Assembly: GCA_030018415.1 (NCBI GenBank)
Contig: JASEGC010000001.1
Coordinates: 129,971-193,970 of the forward strand
Reading direction: 5' to 3'
Origin: Candidatus Aenigmatarchaeota archaeon
Lineage (GTDB): Archaea; Aenigmatarchaeota; Aenigmatarchaeia; CG10238-14
Length of the DNA: 64,000 bases
Shown: positions 43,933 through 53,799 of the stretch, piece by piece
Layout of the letters: the number at the start of each line of letters is the position of its first letter
How positions within the stretch are numbered: the first letter of the stretch is position 1
The notes under the pieces: model-generated
Databases searched by the model: none
Seen by the model: only the letters and a program-made list of their open reading frames with translations
Told to the model about the DNA's origin: nothing
Translations under genes and position numbers: made by a program

Positions 43933-45549
43933 TCATTTTTTAATACAAGCTTCTATAAATCCTCTGAACAACGGGTTAGGATTCAAAGAACGTGATGTGA
44001 ACTCTGGATGGAATTGACTTCCGATGAAATACTTCAACCCTGGTAATTCGCCAATCTGCATTATTTTTTCGTCAGGAGTCGTACCAGAAAAAACAAACCC
44101 CTTTTCTTCGAGTAGTTTAACATACTTCGGATTGATCTCATACCTGTGTCTGAATCTTTCTACTACAACACTCTTTCCATACAATTTATGAGCAAGCGTT
44201 CCAGGTTTAATTTTCACTTTTTGTCCGCCCAGCCTCATCGTCGCTCCATACTCAGATTTCTTTATGTAATCTTTTTGTCCTGGTAGAAGATCGATAACAG
44301 GATAAGGAGTTTTTGGGTCCATCTCAGTTGAATGTGCTCCATCCAGACCACAAACATTCCTCGCGAATTCCACGACAGCCAATTGCAAACCTAAACATAA
44401 ACCAAGGAATGGAATGTTGTTTTTTCTCGCGTACTCTATCGCTAGAATCTTCCCTTCTATTCCAAGTGAACCAAAACCTCCTGGCACGATGATTCCATCA
44501 AAATTCTTCAACATGTTCAACTTATCTCTATTCTTCTCAAAAATTTTAGAATCAATCCACTCTATTTCGGGAATTATGCCATGACACCAACATGCATGTT
44601 TGATCGCTTCTATCACGGAAATATAAGAATCTGGTAGCTGAAACTCTCCTATGGTAAAATATTTGCCAACGATTCCTACCTTGACTGTTTTTTTTGCGCT
44701 CTTTATCCTTTCGATGAATTTTTTCCACTCTTTGAGATCTTTTTTCTTTTTTTTCAGGTTCAACTTTTTAAGAATCTTATCACATAGCCCTTGATCATCA
44801 AAAACTATCGGTAACTCATAGGATATTTTTAAATCTGGGTCAGACATGACGTCTTCTTCTTTTATGTTGCAGAATAGTGCAATCTTTTTTCTCCTCACAT
44901 CGTCTAAAGGTTTTTCTGCCCTGCAAACGATGAAATCTGGTTGAATACCTATTTCTCTCAAGTCTCTGACAGAGTGTTGGGCCGCCTTTGTCTTCATTTC
45001 GCCGAGAGTTTTGACTATGGGTAGATAAACGACATGGACGAACAAAACACTCTCACCTTCAAACCTCATCTGCCTTGCAGCCTCTAGGTAAAGCACGTTC
45101 TCATAGTCGCCTACTGTTCCACCTATCTCTATTAGGATAAAATCTACGTTCTCTTTGGCAATTTCTCTAAACCTTCTCTTTATCTCATCCGTTACATGAG
45201 GAATGGGTTGGACAGTTTGACCCAAATATTTGCCAGATCTTTCCTTTTGTATAACTTCGTGGAATACTTGACCGGTTGTTATGTTGTGAGATTTTGGTAT
45301 GTTCACGTCAAGAAACCTTTCATAGTGCCCTAAATCCTGGTCTATTTCCCCGCCATCTTCTGTTACCCAAACTTCACCATGCTCCGTTGGTCTAAGAGTT
45401 CCTGCATCATAATTTAGATATGGATCGACTTTTGCGGCAGTTACTTTAAAACCAGAGGATTGTAAGAGTTTTCCGATAGAAGCAGTTACTATACCCTTAC
45501 CCAATCCAGAAAGTACTCCTCCAGTCACAAAAATGTAATGCTGTTGCAT
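43933..45549 (-). CDS. pyrG: CTP synthase
   Basis: IFVTGGVLSGLGKG N-terminus, GATase domain with GLCLGLQ and HRYE. Confidence 0.95.
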   Translation of the reverse strand: MQQHYIFVTGGVLSGLGKGIVTASIGKLLQSSGFKVTAAKVDPYLNYDAGTLRPTEHGEVWVTEDGGEIDQDLGHYERFLDVNIPKSHNITTGQVFHEVIQKERSGKYLGQTVQPIPHVTDEIKRRFREIAKENVDFILIEIGGTVGDYENVLYLEAARQMRFEGESVLFVHVVYLPIVKTLGEMKTKAAQHSVRDLREIGIQPDFIVCRAEKPLDDVRRKKIALFCNIKEEDVMSDPDLKISYELPIVFDDQGLCDKILKKLNLKKKKKDLKEWKKFIERIKSAKKTVKVGIVGKYFTIGEFQLPDSYISVIEAIKHACWCHGIIPEIEWIDSKIFEKNRDKLNMLKNFDGIIVPGGFGSLGIEGKILAIEYARKNNIPFLGLCLGLQLAVVEFARNVCGLDGAHSTEMDPKTPYPVIDLLPGQKDYIKKSEYGATMRLGGQKVKIKPGTLAHKLYGKSVVVERFRHRYEINPKYVKLLEEKGFVFSGTTPDEKIMQIGELPGLKYFIGSQFHPEFTSRSLNPNPLFRGFIEACIKK

Positions 45550-45592
45550 AATATGTGTTATGGTTAAACGATTTAAAGCTTTGCTGTGATGA

Positions 45593-48343
45593 TTACTTCT
45601 TTAACCACTCTCTATACTTCACTAATGCTGCCATAGTTTTGATGGCTCTCTCTGGAGTGGGGTATACTGGGACATTACCTTCATTCAACCTTCGACTCAA
45701 TTCTCTAGTAAACTTCCCACCAGCCGCACAAACTAGCAAAGGTTTTTTATATTTTTTATGGAGTTGAACGATATGATCGACCACTTCCTTCTCTAGAGTA
45801 GGGACTTGGAATAAAGTTATTGCTATTACTCCATCGAATTCATTGCTCTTCAAACAGCTTTCGATAACAACTTTGTAACGATTTGCGTTTGCATCTCCTG
45901 TTAAATCTATTGGGTTGTGAAAAGTAGCGTAGGGAGGCATTACTTTTGAAATTTCCTTCTTCAATTTTTCGGATGGCTCTGGTAATTGTAAGCCTTGCTT
46001 CTCAGCTTCGTCTGTCGCTAAAACACCAAAACCTCCTCCATCTGTAATGATAGCAATCCTGTTTTCTTTAGGTAAAGACTGAGTCGAAAAGCCTCGAGCA
46101 AAATCGAACAGTTCTTCCCATGAGTTTGCCTCGATAACACCAGTCTGTTTAAAAGCAGCAGAATAAATTTTGTGTGAACCCCCTAAAGATCCTGTGTGAG
46201 AAAAAACAGCCCTTAAGCCTTTCTCAGTCCTACCAGCTTTAAGGATGATTACAGGTTTTTTCTTGGTAACTTTTTTTACAATCTTCATGAATTTTTGACC
46301 AGATGCTTCTATTCCTTCTAAATAGACAGTAATCACATCGGTCTTATCATCATCGGCGAGATATTCTAGTAAGTCACAATCATCCACATCCATGGCATTC
46401 CCGTAAGAGATGAATTTACTGATTCCTATACCCTCTTCTGACATCCAGTCGAGGATGGTAGAGCCAACTGCCCCAGATTGGGTTATGAATGCGATGTTTC
46501 CTTCTTTTGGCCTTCCGCATCTCTCTCTTGATAAGAACAGAGTATCCACATGGGTATAAGGATCGTAGACACCAATGCAATTAGAAGCGATAATTTGACC
46601 GAAAACGAGGTTATGAGTATCAGCCACCTCAAAATCATATGCAATACCCCTCTCTGGAATCCTCTCTATTTTTTTTACTCTCCTAAAAAACACTGGTTCT
46701 TTAATTCTACTTTTAAATTTTTTACTGCAACGAAGAATAAATTTTGACAATTCTGAGGACCTGTTGTCCAAGAAATGAAAGCCAATGCTTGAAAGTTTTC
46801 TTAGGGCTTGTGTAGAATCAGTCCTAATCTCATACAGTGGAGTAATTTTTGAGCGCTGAACATTTTTTATTTTCATCTGTTTTCTATCCAATTTTTTAAC
46901 ATAGAACGGTCCTACTCCTAGAATGTTAAATAAAAATTGAAGCTGATCCGCAAGTTTTTTAGAGACAGTATAGTAAAAAAGGGTTGTCCTCTTTCTTTTT
47001 TTATTGTAAGAGACCCTCCCATCACCAGTAAAAAGACTAGACAAAAAGCTACCTATCATCCGCTTCTTTGCGTTGAAAATGAATGCAGGGATCTGTTTGG
47101 TTTCTGCACTATCTCCGATCTTTAAAATGTGCTTAAGAAAAATCTTTCCTAACTTTCCACCGAATTTTATTTCTTTCCGCTTTGACAAATCTTTTCGTCT
47201 GTAATTTGGGCGTGAGACGAAAACTCTATCTATATCTTTTCTTACTTTTTTCTCAACTTCTGGCTCTTTAATATAACCAATCACTAATTGATTACTTTTG
47301 TAATTTCCGTCCGCAATAAATAAACCCAAAATCTCACAGAATTCTTCAGTTATCGGAAACAGTAGCGGTACTTTAACCATACCATGTTTTGTTGTGAGAA
47401 AACAATCTTTGAGATTAATCTCTGAAGATTGCTTTTCAAATTGCTGTATATCATAAGACTTATCTTTATATCGAACCCTTAATTCAGACTTTATTTTTTC
47501 TGGTAACCTGTTTATCTCTTCCAACAAATTTATGCAGTTAACAGCTTGGTCTCTATCTATTTCAAAACAGCAAGGTATTAAATCTCCTACTGATAAATCT
47601 TTACATTCAACCTTGCGTAGCGAATCTTCCCGTTTAATTAAAAATGGGTGTTCTGGAGTACAACAAAGTTCCCTGCCCCCTTCTACTGTAACGCGATAAA
47701 ATATAGAATTAAACTTTTTTAATATACCAACCACATCTTTGAAAACAATACGATTTCCATCCCACGACAAAACCTTGATCCTGTCTTCATCCTTAAGTAT
47801 GTTCGACGGCAAAGTAACAGAATCCTCTGTTTTTCTCACGTACCCAGAATATTTTGATAACATATGCTCAACAAAATCTCCTATATTAACGTATTCGATG
47901 GTTCCGGGGTTTTTTCTTCTAACTAATAACCCAGTAGAACCTGATACACAATTCGGCCCAATTATTCTCGCATGTGTTCCTTCTATAATCTTCTTACATT
48001 TTATCTCTAATTTTTTACCTTCTTCTCCAATCTCAGAAAATCCGGCTGAAATTATTATGATCGATTCTATCCTTTTTTTAACACATTGTCTCAGAACATC
48101 TGGGACTGATTCTGCCGGTATAACTATTATGACTAAATCCAAATCGTCTTTTATGTCCAGAACAGACTTATAGACTTTCAAGCCTAGTATAGGAGTGGTA
48201 TCAGGATTAACTGGATATATTTTTCTTTTAAAGCCAGCACCAAGAAAATTTGCTAGAATGGCATAACCTATTTTACCAGGCTTATGAGATGCTCCTATTA
48301 TTGCTACTGATTTTGGGTTGAAAAAATAATCGAGTTGTTTCAT
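45593..48343 (-). CDS. acdA: ADP-forming acetyl-CoA synthetase alpha subunit (CoA-binding/succinyl-CoA-synthetase-like) containing an intein
   Basis: SVAIIGASHKPGKIGY CoA-binding domain, IIGPN/.../CIGVYDP, and phosphohistidine loop FSHTGSLGGS. The host is 459 aa after removing the intein. Confidence 0.75.
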   Translation of the reverse strand: MKQLDYFFNPKSVAIIGASHKPGKIGYAILANFLGAGFKRKIYPVNPDTTPILGLKVYKSVLDIKDDLDLVIIVIPAESVPDVLRQCVKKRIESIIIISAGFSEIGEEGKKLEIKCKKIIEGTHARIIGPNCVSGSTGLLVRRKNPGTIEYVNIGDFVEHMLSKYSGYVRKTEDSVTLPSNILKDEDRIKVLSWDGNRIVFKDVVGILKKFNSIFYRVTVEGGRELCCTPEHPFLIKREDSLRKVECKDLSVGDLIPCCFEIDRDQAVNCINLLEEINRLPEKIKSELRVRYKDKSYDIQQFEKQSSEINLKDCFLTTKHGMVKVPLLFPITEEFCEILGLFIADGNYKSNQLVIGYIKEPEVEKKVRKDIDRVFVSRPNYRRKDLSKRKEIKFGGKLGKIFLKHILKIGDSAETKQIPAFIFNAKKRMIGSFLSSLFTGDGRVSYNKKRKRTTLFYYTVSKKLADQLQFLFNILGVGPFYVKKLDRKQMKIKNVQRSKITPLYEIRTDSTQALRKLSSIGFHFLDNRSSELSKFILRCSKKFKSRIKEPVFFRRVKKIERIPERGIAYDFEVADTHNLVFGQIIASNCIGVYDPYTHVDTLFLSRERCGRPKEGNIAFITQSGAVGSTILDWMSEEGIGISKFISYGNAMDVDDCDLLEYLADDDKTDVITVYLEGIEASGQKFMKIVKKVTKKKPVIILKAGRTEKGLRAVFSHTGSLGGSHKIYSAAFKQTGVIEANSWEELFDFARGFSTQSLPKENRIAIITDGGGFGVLATDEAEKQGLQLPEPSEKLKKEISKVMPPYATFHNPIDLTGDANANRYKVVIESCLKSNEFDGVIAITLFQVPTLEKEVVDHIVQLHKKYKKPLLVCAAGGKFTRELSRRLNEGNVPVYPTPERAIKTMAALVKYREWLKK
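46580..47950 (-). mobile_element. Intein (457 aa) with LAGLIDADG endonuclease domain, inserted IIGPN/C...ASN/CIGVY
   Basis: Cys1 codon at 47950-47948, terminal Asn codon at 46582-46580, +1 Cys. LAGLIDADG motifs ILGLFIADGNY and SFLSSLFTGDGRV. Removal rebuilds GPNCIG. Confidence 0.8.
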
Positions 48344-48475
48344 GAGAAATATTTTCTATTCTTAGAACTAAAAGTTTTTATCGGCTTATTTTTTTTGTAA
48401 AAGTCTTGAATATGCCGAAGAGGAAAACTAGTACTATCAATGCTATCAAAAAAACTATTGCATTGAAAGTTTGTA

Positions 48476-49645
48476 CTAAAACCATTTTCCTGTTTTGGAA
48501 TTATAAGTTCCTTGTTTACAACTACAATCGTTTCCGAAGTTTCTTGCTACCATAGCTATATCTATTATATTAATCGTTTCATCATTGTTCAAGTCAGCAT
48601 TTCGATTCCATCTTGGATCTTCTGGTTTTGTTCCATAGGCGATAGCCATTGCTGCGATATCTAAAATATTAACTTTTCTGTTATCATCTATGTCCCCTTT
48701 GATGTCTTTTGTGTAATAGCATGCGCCATTACGACATTTGGTATTATGCCAATCTTCACAATTGATTTTATTATAAGGGGGTCTTTTATGAATACATTCT
48801 CCCCCTAAAAGAGGTATTTCGCAATAATATTCAATCAGTATGTTTTCAGAGTCTTCAGTACACACATCTACGTAAGAATATTTACCACAAATTAAAGTAT
48901 CACCTCTTACGAATGGGTCAAAACCACATGGTAAGAATTTGGATTATTTGGATCGCACTTAGGAGGGTCAAATGCAAAGCATGTCATCTTCTCAACTTTT
49001 TCTTTCTCTTCCCATAACATCAATGTCATTGCATTTACATTTGTTTCACTTGGATTGTAGTATATTTCAGGTATGTATACGTTTAACAACTCAAAGAATC
49101 CGTAAGTTTCCCCTTTGGTAACTGACTGTCTTCCTGACGGTTTTTCGCAAGGCCTTCCTTCGCAGACGCTGATCACTCCTGTAATACTAGAGGTTATGCC
49201 TTCAACTTTTATTGTGTATAAATGTGTACCAATCATATCTGTGTATGATTCACCTTCTTTTAAAGTAACTTCTACTGCTGAGATAATTTCAACTATCAAT
49301 GGGTTGGACTCAAGTGACATTTCTCTCCATACAGGCTTTGGTGGTGGATCGTCAATACATCTTGCTCTCACATAATACGTACCTGCTTCTCTCCAAGAAT
49401 GGGATAGTTTTGCTTCTCCTTTTATACCACAGACTTCACTCGTAGTCCCATCTCCCCAATCAAATTCATAGCAATAGCCATCTGTTCCGTAAGGTCCTGT
49501 ACACATACTTGTATACTCATATAGCCTATATACAACCCCCTTTGTTCGTCCTGATGGTGTTGTTGGTGGATAAGGATAATATATACCATAAACAATTGGA
49601 ATAATCAACAGAAAAAAAGGAAATCAAAATTAGTTTTTTAAACAT
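48476..49645 (-). CDS. Secreted PKD-like + dockerin-repeat protein; frame broken twice at T homopolymers
   Basis: Signal peptide MFKKLILISFF (ATG 49645) is one frame off the body. PKD-like YEFDWGDGTTSE...GTYYVRARC. Dockerin-like DIDDNRKVNILDIAAMA and DLNNDETINIIDIAMVA. The second shift lies within 48907-48943. Confidence 0.5.
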
Positions 49646-49740
49646 AATTTATTATTCGTTTTTTTAACTTAAACTTATCGATGTGTGGAAAATACAGATT
49701 TTTTCACTTTCAGAGTCCCCTAACCAAATGTTTTGGTATT

Positions 49741-49774
49741 GTGTAAAGTGGAACATTTAGAGTTTACTTTACAC
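49741..49774. repeat. Perfect 9-bp inverted repeat GTGTAAAGT/ACTTTACAC with 16-nt spacer
   Basis: Arms at 49741-49749 and 49766-49774, in the divergent spacer between the PKD-dockerin gene and the SRP RNA. Confidence 0.6.
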
Positions 49775-49813
49775 TTATCATTTTAACTTTAACAAACAAA
49801 CAATAAAGAGAAA

Positions 49814-49823
49814 CTATTTAAGA
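49814..49823 (+). promoter_or_regulatory. TATA-like box for SRP RNA
   Basis: CTATTTAAGA is centred about 26 nt upstream of the predicted SRP RNA 5' end. Confidence 0.35.
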
Positions 49824-49844
49824 ATGCTAACGATAAAACTATTT

Positions 49845-50122
49845 TGCAAGGGACCATACGGTCGGAGGGCTACAGGTCCTCTGTGATCGCAAAACCTGTT
49901 ATGGCGAGACCGCAGTCTGAGGGCGATTCAGTTTTGTGGTCAGGCCCAGATCTTGGACTAAGAAACCATGTCTCCCAGGGTCAAATGTACGTCGAACGGG
50001 CCAGGTTCGGAAGAAAGCAACCATAAGGCGTATATTTGATGCTTGCGAGTTCCCATGGTGGAGAAAGAGATTTGGATTAACCTGATCATGAAGCTGTCTC
50101 CACTGAAGACGTGTCCCTTGCA
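49845..50122 (+). ncRNA. ffs: Signal recognition particle RNA (7S)
   Basis: Only GC-rich island in the window. A 10-bp terminal helix pairs 49845-49854 with 50113-50122. CCAGGTTCGGAAGAAAGCAACCATAAGGC matches the helix 8 GGAA tetraloop and AGCA loop consensus. Confidence 0.8.
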
Positions 50123-50137
50123 TTTCATGGTGATAGA

Positions 50138-50890
50138 ATGAATGAGATCGTCATCATCTTAATTTGTCTACTAGTTTTCCTTATAGTTTATTCAGCTCTC
50201 TACACTACAACTATGTTTCCTAAAACAGAAGTGGAAAACATAACTACTACAACGGAAAGCCAAGTGAAAAAAGAATTCTATCCTACTCATGCAGAGGCAA
50301 CTACCATCGATGTACCAGCGATCGATAAAGAAGGGAAAGGTGTGATGGCTAAACTATCAGTCGAAACAAAGCCTGGAATAGGAAGGACTCTCGTGGACAT
50401 AGACCAAATCCTGTTGTGGGTCGACACGCAGGATTCAATCAGAATAGCTAAGGCTATGGCAGAGAACATCACTGGCATCGATTTATCCGATCACGACATA
50501 ATCTATTCTGTCCAGGCAAATGCCTCAGTCATAGAAGGACCATCAGCAGGATCTGCTTTGTGCATAGCGACTATACTAGAATTGAAAAATAGAACGCCTA
50601 ACAATAAAGTTACCATAACTGGAACTTTGAACGAGGAAGGAAGGATTGGAAGAGTTTCGGGGATAATCGCAAAGGCAAAAGCTGCCAAAGAAGCTGGTAT
50701 GGAAGTTTTCCTGGTCCCAAAAGGACAGAAAACTTATACTAGTTACACTAAAGAAAAGAAATGTGAAAAATATCTATTCACTGAAATCTGTCGAACAGAA
50801 ACAAAACCTGAACAAGTAGATGTAGAGAAGTATGTTGGAATAAAAGTAGAAGAAGTTGACAACGTGCAAGAAGCATTAAAATATTTCTAG
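50138..50890 (+). CDS. Membrane-anchored S16 (Lon C-terminal proteolytic domain) peptidase without ATPase domain
   Basis: N-terminal TM helix, then the Lon protease domain with GPSAGSALCIA (catalytic Ser) and GIIAKAKAAKEAG (Lys). Confidence 0.7.
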   Translation: MNEIVIILICLLVFLIVYSALYTTTMFPKTEVENITTTTESQVKKEFYPTHAEATTIDVPAIDKEGKGVMAKLSVETKPGIGRTLVDIDQILLWVDTQDSIRIAKAMAENITGIDLSDHDIIYSVQANASVIEGPSAGSALCIATILELKNRTPNNKVTITGTLNEEGRIGRVSGIIAKAKAAKEAGMEVFLVPKGQKTYTSYTKEKKCEKYLFTEICRTETKPEQVDVEKYVGIKVEEVDNVQEALKYF

Positions 50891-50904
50891 AATAAAGTAA
50901 TATC

Positions 50905-51477
50905 ATGAAAGCATTCACAAGCGCAGAATTGAGGGATATAGTCATAGCAATAATAGTCTTGGCTTTAATATTCTCTTTTCCCGATCTAACTCTTTTTTTG
51001 ATATCTTTGGTCTTAGTATTCTTCTCTTATTTTGTTCACGAAATGGGTCACAAGTTTGTCGCAAGAAAGTTTGGTTGCACGGCAACTTTTAAGATATGGC
51101 CTACTGGTATTTTCTTGGGAATAATGACGATGTTTTTCAAGCTCATCGGAGGATGGGGTATAGTTTTTGTCGCTCCTAGTTTTGTGGAGATAATGCCTTA
51201 TAGCTTTGGTAGATGGGGGTTTAAAGTTGCAAGAGTGAGTAAGAAAGATCTTGCATTCATATCTTTGGCTGGAGTTGGAATCAATGTTCTATTCGCTGTT
51301 TTCTTCAAGATGCTTCCTGGCAATATATTCAGAAGACTCAGTTATTACAATGGATTGATAGCATTATTCAACCTATTACCAATTCCACCTTTGGATGGAA
51401 GTAAGATATTCTTGTGGAAGATGTGGGTTTGGTTGTTTTTGATTTTCATAGCAGTTCTTACATTGTTTGTTTCTTGA
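50905..51477 (+). CDS. M50 site-2 protease family metalloprotease
   Basis: HEMGHKFVARKFG (HExxH) lies in a TM helix. A downstream NLLPIPPLDGSK motif is present. Confidence 0.75.
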   Translation: MKAFTSAELRDIVIAIIVLALIFSFPDLTLFLISLVLVFFSYFVHEMGHKFVARKFGCTATFKIWPTGIFLGIMTMFFKLIGGWGIVFVAPSFVEIMPYSFGRWGFKVARVSKKDLAFISLAGVGINVLFAVFFKMLPGNIFRRLSYYNGLIALFNLLPIPPLDGSKIFLWKMWVWLFLIFIAVLTLFVS

Positions 51478-51510
51478 AGAAACTTATATTTTAAGCGATA
51501 ACTAAATTAT

Positions 51511-52035
51511 ATGTCGCTGACACAGATATTCCTACATATCATAATAAACAGTCATAGTTTCGTCAATAAATGGGGTTATTTAGGGATATTCATCGTTTCA
51601 CTCGTAAGTTCTGCGTCAATCATCTTCCCTGTCCCAAGTTTTGTGATACTCTTCTCTTTTGGAGCGATTTTTAATCCTTTATTAGTGGCGATAGTTGGAG
51701 CTCTAGGCGCTTCCATCGGCAACACAACTAGTTACATCCTTGGACTGGGAGGAAAAGAAATACTCGAAGATAAGTATGAGAAAAAATTGGAAAAAATTAA
51801 GGATACTTTTAAAAAATATGGTGCTCCTTTCTGGATCATCTTGGTTAATGCTACACCTTTACCAGATGATATCGTCGGTATATTCTGTGGAATAATAAGA
51901 TACGATTTTAGGAGGTATTTTCTATACATGTTCATAGGAGAAGTGATACTGGCACTTCTCCTGTCTTATTCTGGTTATTATTCAATAAATTGGGTGTTAG
52001 AATTCCTTCAACCAAGGCTTGGTATTTTAGAATAG
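51511..52035 (+). CDS. DedA/SNARE-associated family membrane protein
   Basis: Pattern WGYLGIFIVSLVSSASIIFPVPS...G...LG, with 4-5 TM helices. Confidence 0.5.
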   Translation: MSLTQIFLHIIINSHSFVNKWGYLGIFIVSLVSSASIIFPVPSFVILFSFGAIFNPLLVAIVGALGASIGNTTSYILGLGGKEILEDKYEKKLEKIKDTFKKYGAPFWIILVNATPLPDDIVGIFCGIIRYDFRRYFLYMFIGEVILALLLSYSGYYSINWVLEFLQPRLGILE

Positions 52036-52821
52036 TTCGATATCAATACAGTATTTATTGACTCTTGGAGCGTAAGGCGATACTTTTTTTGTCTTGCAAT
52101 CAATACTCTTCTTTGTTTTTTTCTTTAATTCATCGACTAAATCTTTAACTTTTTTTTGAAGGTTTTCTTCTCTTTCGATCAAATAGAGATGAATGATTCC
52201 GCCTTTTGATTTAAGACAATCGCAAGCTACATCAAGAAATTTAAATGCTTCACGAGGTAAAGGCATTATAACTCTGTCACATTTTCCATGCCAACCCTTG
52301 CATTTTTCTTTCACATTCCCGAGGACTGGAAGAATTTTATCCCCTAGCCTGTTCATTCGGATGTTTTCCTTCATGTATTCAAAAGCTACTGGGTTGATTT
52401 CAACCGAAATTATCTTTTTAACTTTTGGTTGTTTCTTTGATATCATTATAGCGTAAGAACCGATGCCAGAAAACATTAGCATTATCGTTTCATTCGGTTT
52501 AATTTGGTTAGCAATTCTCAACCTTTCAGTCCCTTCCCTAGGAGAAAAATATACTTTTTGAGGATCAAGTTTTAATCGGCATCCATGCTCTATATGAATA
52601 ACTTCTGTGTTTTTGTCGCCTAGTAAAAATTCATACTCTCTAGTCCTGAAAATTCCTTTTCTCGCCGATACTTTTTTCAAAACAGATCTTACGTTCTTGT
52701 GTCTCTTCAATATTTCTTCTGCTATTTGTCTTTCTTTATCTTGAAACTCATCTGGCATATCTACGATTGCTAGAGCTTTCTCTCTCGAGCCTATAATCTC
52801 GTAGCTTGGAATTTTTTTCAT
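52027..52821 (-). CDS. trm5: Trm5/Taw2-family tRNA methyltransferase (Met-10 like)
   Basis: KVYFSPREGTER, SAM motif LMFSGIGSYAI, and VIMPLP. Confidence 0.7.
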   Translation of the reverse strand: MKKIPSYEIIGSREKALAIVDMPDEFQDKERQIAEEILKRHKNVRSVLKKVSARKGIFRTREYEFLLGDKNTEVIHIEHGCRLKLDPQKVYFSPREGTERLRIANQIKPNETIMLMFSGIGSYAIMISKKQPKVKKIISVEINPVAFEYMKENIRMNRLGDKILPVLGNVKEKCKGWHGKCDRVIMPLPREAFKFLDVACDCLKSKGGIIHLYLIEREENLQKKVKDLVDELKKKTKKSIDCKTKKVSPYAPRVNKYCIDIELF

Positions 52822-52881
52822 GATACCATCACTTAATTTAATCGTTAAGAACTATAAAATTACAAAAAATAGGAGACATTT

Positions 52882-53754
52882 ATGTTAGATCTGATAGAAA
52901 GAGCGAAAAAATCAACGATGAGTGAGATGCTTGAGCTTTGCGAAGATGTTTTAAATTTATTGGCTGAGGATAGAAAAGATGGGGCATTGTTCCATCTTCC
53001 GTCAAGTGGAAAAGCGACGATAATCGGAGATATTCATGGTGATCTAGAAAGCCTTTCCCTTATCTTGAATCATAGCATGTTTCTTAAAAATAAAGACAAT
53101 TATCTGATCTTTCTTGGTGATTATGGAGATAGAGGTGAACAATCGGCTGAGGTTTACTATACAATCCTAAGCCTCAAGAAAGAATTTCCGAAGAATGTTA
53201 TACTTCTGAGGGGAAATCATGAGTTTCCAGTTAATATTCCGGTCCACCCTCATGATCTACCTCATCGTTTAACACAAAAATTTGGAAAATCTGGAATAAA
53301 AGTGTATGAAAAAATTCGAGAATTGTTCGACTGTCTTTTGAATGCAGCAACACTAGAAAAAAAATATATACTGCTCCATGGAGGATTACCTGTCAATCTA
53401 ACTTCTTTGGATGATATAGCATTCGCACATAGAACTCATCCTTCTAAAAGTTTCTTGGAAGAGATCCTATGGAACGATCCTGAAGATATTCGAGGTTTTT
53501 ATCCTTCTCCAAGAGGAGCAGGAAAAATATTCGGTAAAGATGTGACAAAGAGAATACTGAGAATACTCGGAGTAAAAACACTCATAAGAAGTCATCAACC
53601 ACTACCTGAAGGAGTTTCAGTAAAACATGATGGGACGGTACTCACAATATCCTCGACAACAATATATGGTGGGAAAGCGGCTTACCTGAAGATAGATTTA
53701 TCAGAAGAAGCAAAGAGTGCTTATGAATTGAGCGAAATAGCACACAAATTTTAG
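52882..53754 (+). CDS. PPP-family serine/threonine protein phosphatase (metallophosphoesterase)
   Basis: GDIHGD, GDYGDRG and GNHE signature motifs. Confidence 0.85.
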   Translation: MLDLIERAKKSTMSEMLELCEDVLNLLAEDRKDGALFHLPSSGKATIIGDIHGDLESLSLILNHSMFLKNKDNYLIFLGDYGDRGEQSAEVYYTILSLKKEFPKNVILLRGNHEFPVNIPVHPHDLPHRLTQKFGKSGIKVYEKIRELFDCLLNAATLEKKYILLHGGLPVNLTSLDDIAFAHRTHPSKSFLEEILWNDPEDIRGFYPSPRGAGKIFGKDVTKRILRILGVKTLIRSHQPLPEGVSVKHDGTVLTISSTTIYGGKAAYLKIDLSEEAKSAYELSEIAHKF

Positions 53755-53799
53755 TCGATCAACATTATAAACTAGAAATCTAAAACATAGGATGATGGA

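Noticed and set aside
49844-50123. ORFs 49844-50026 (+) and 49899-50123 (-)
   Set aside because: They lie entirely inside the SRP RNA gene. They are open only because the region is GC-rich.
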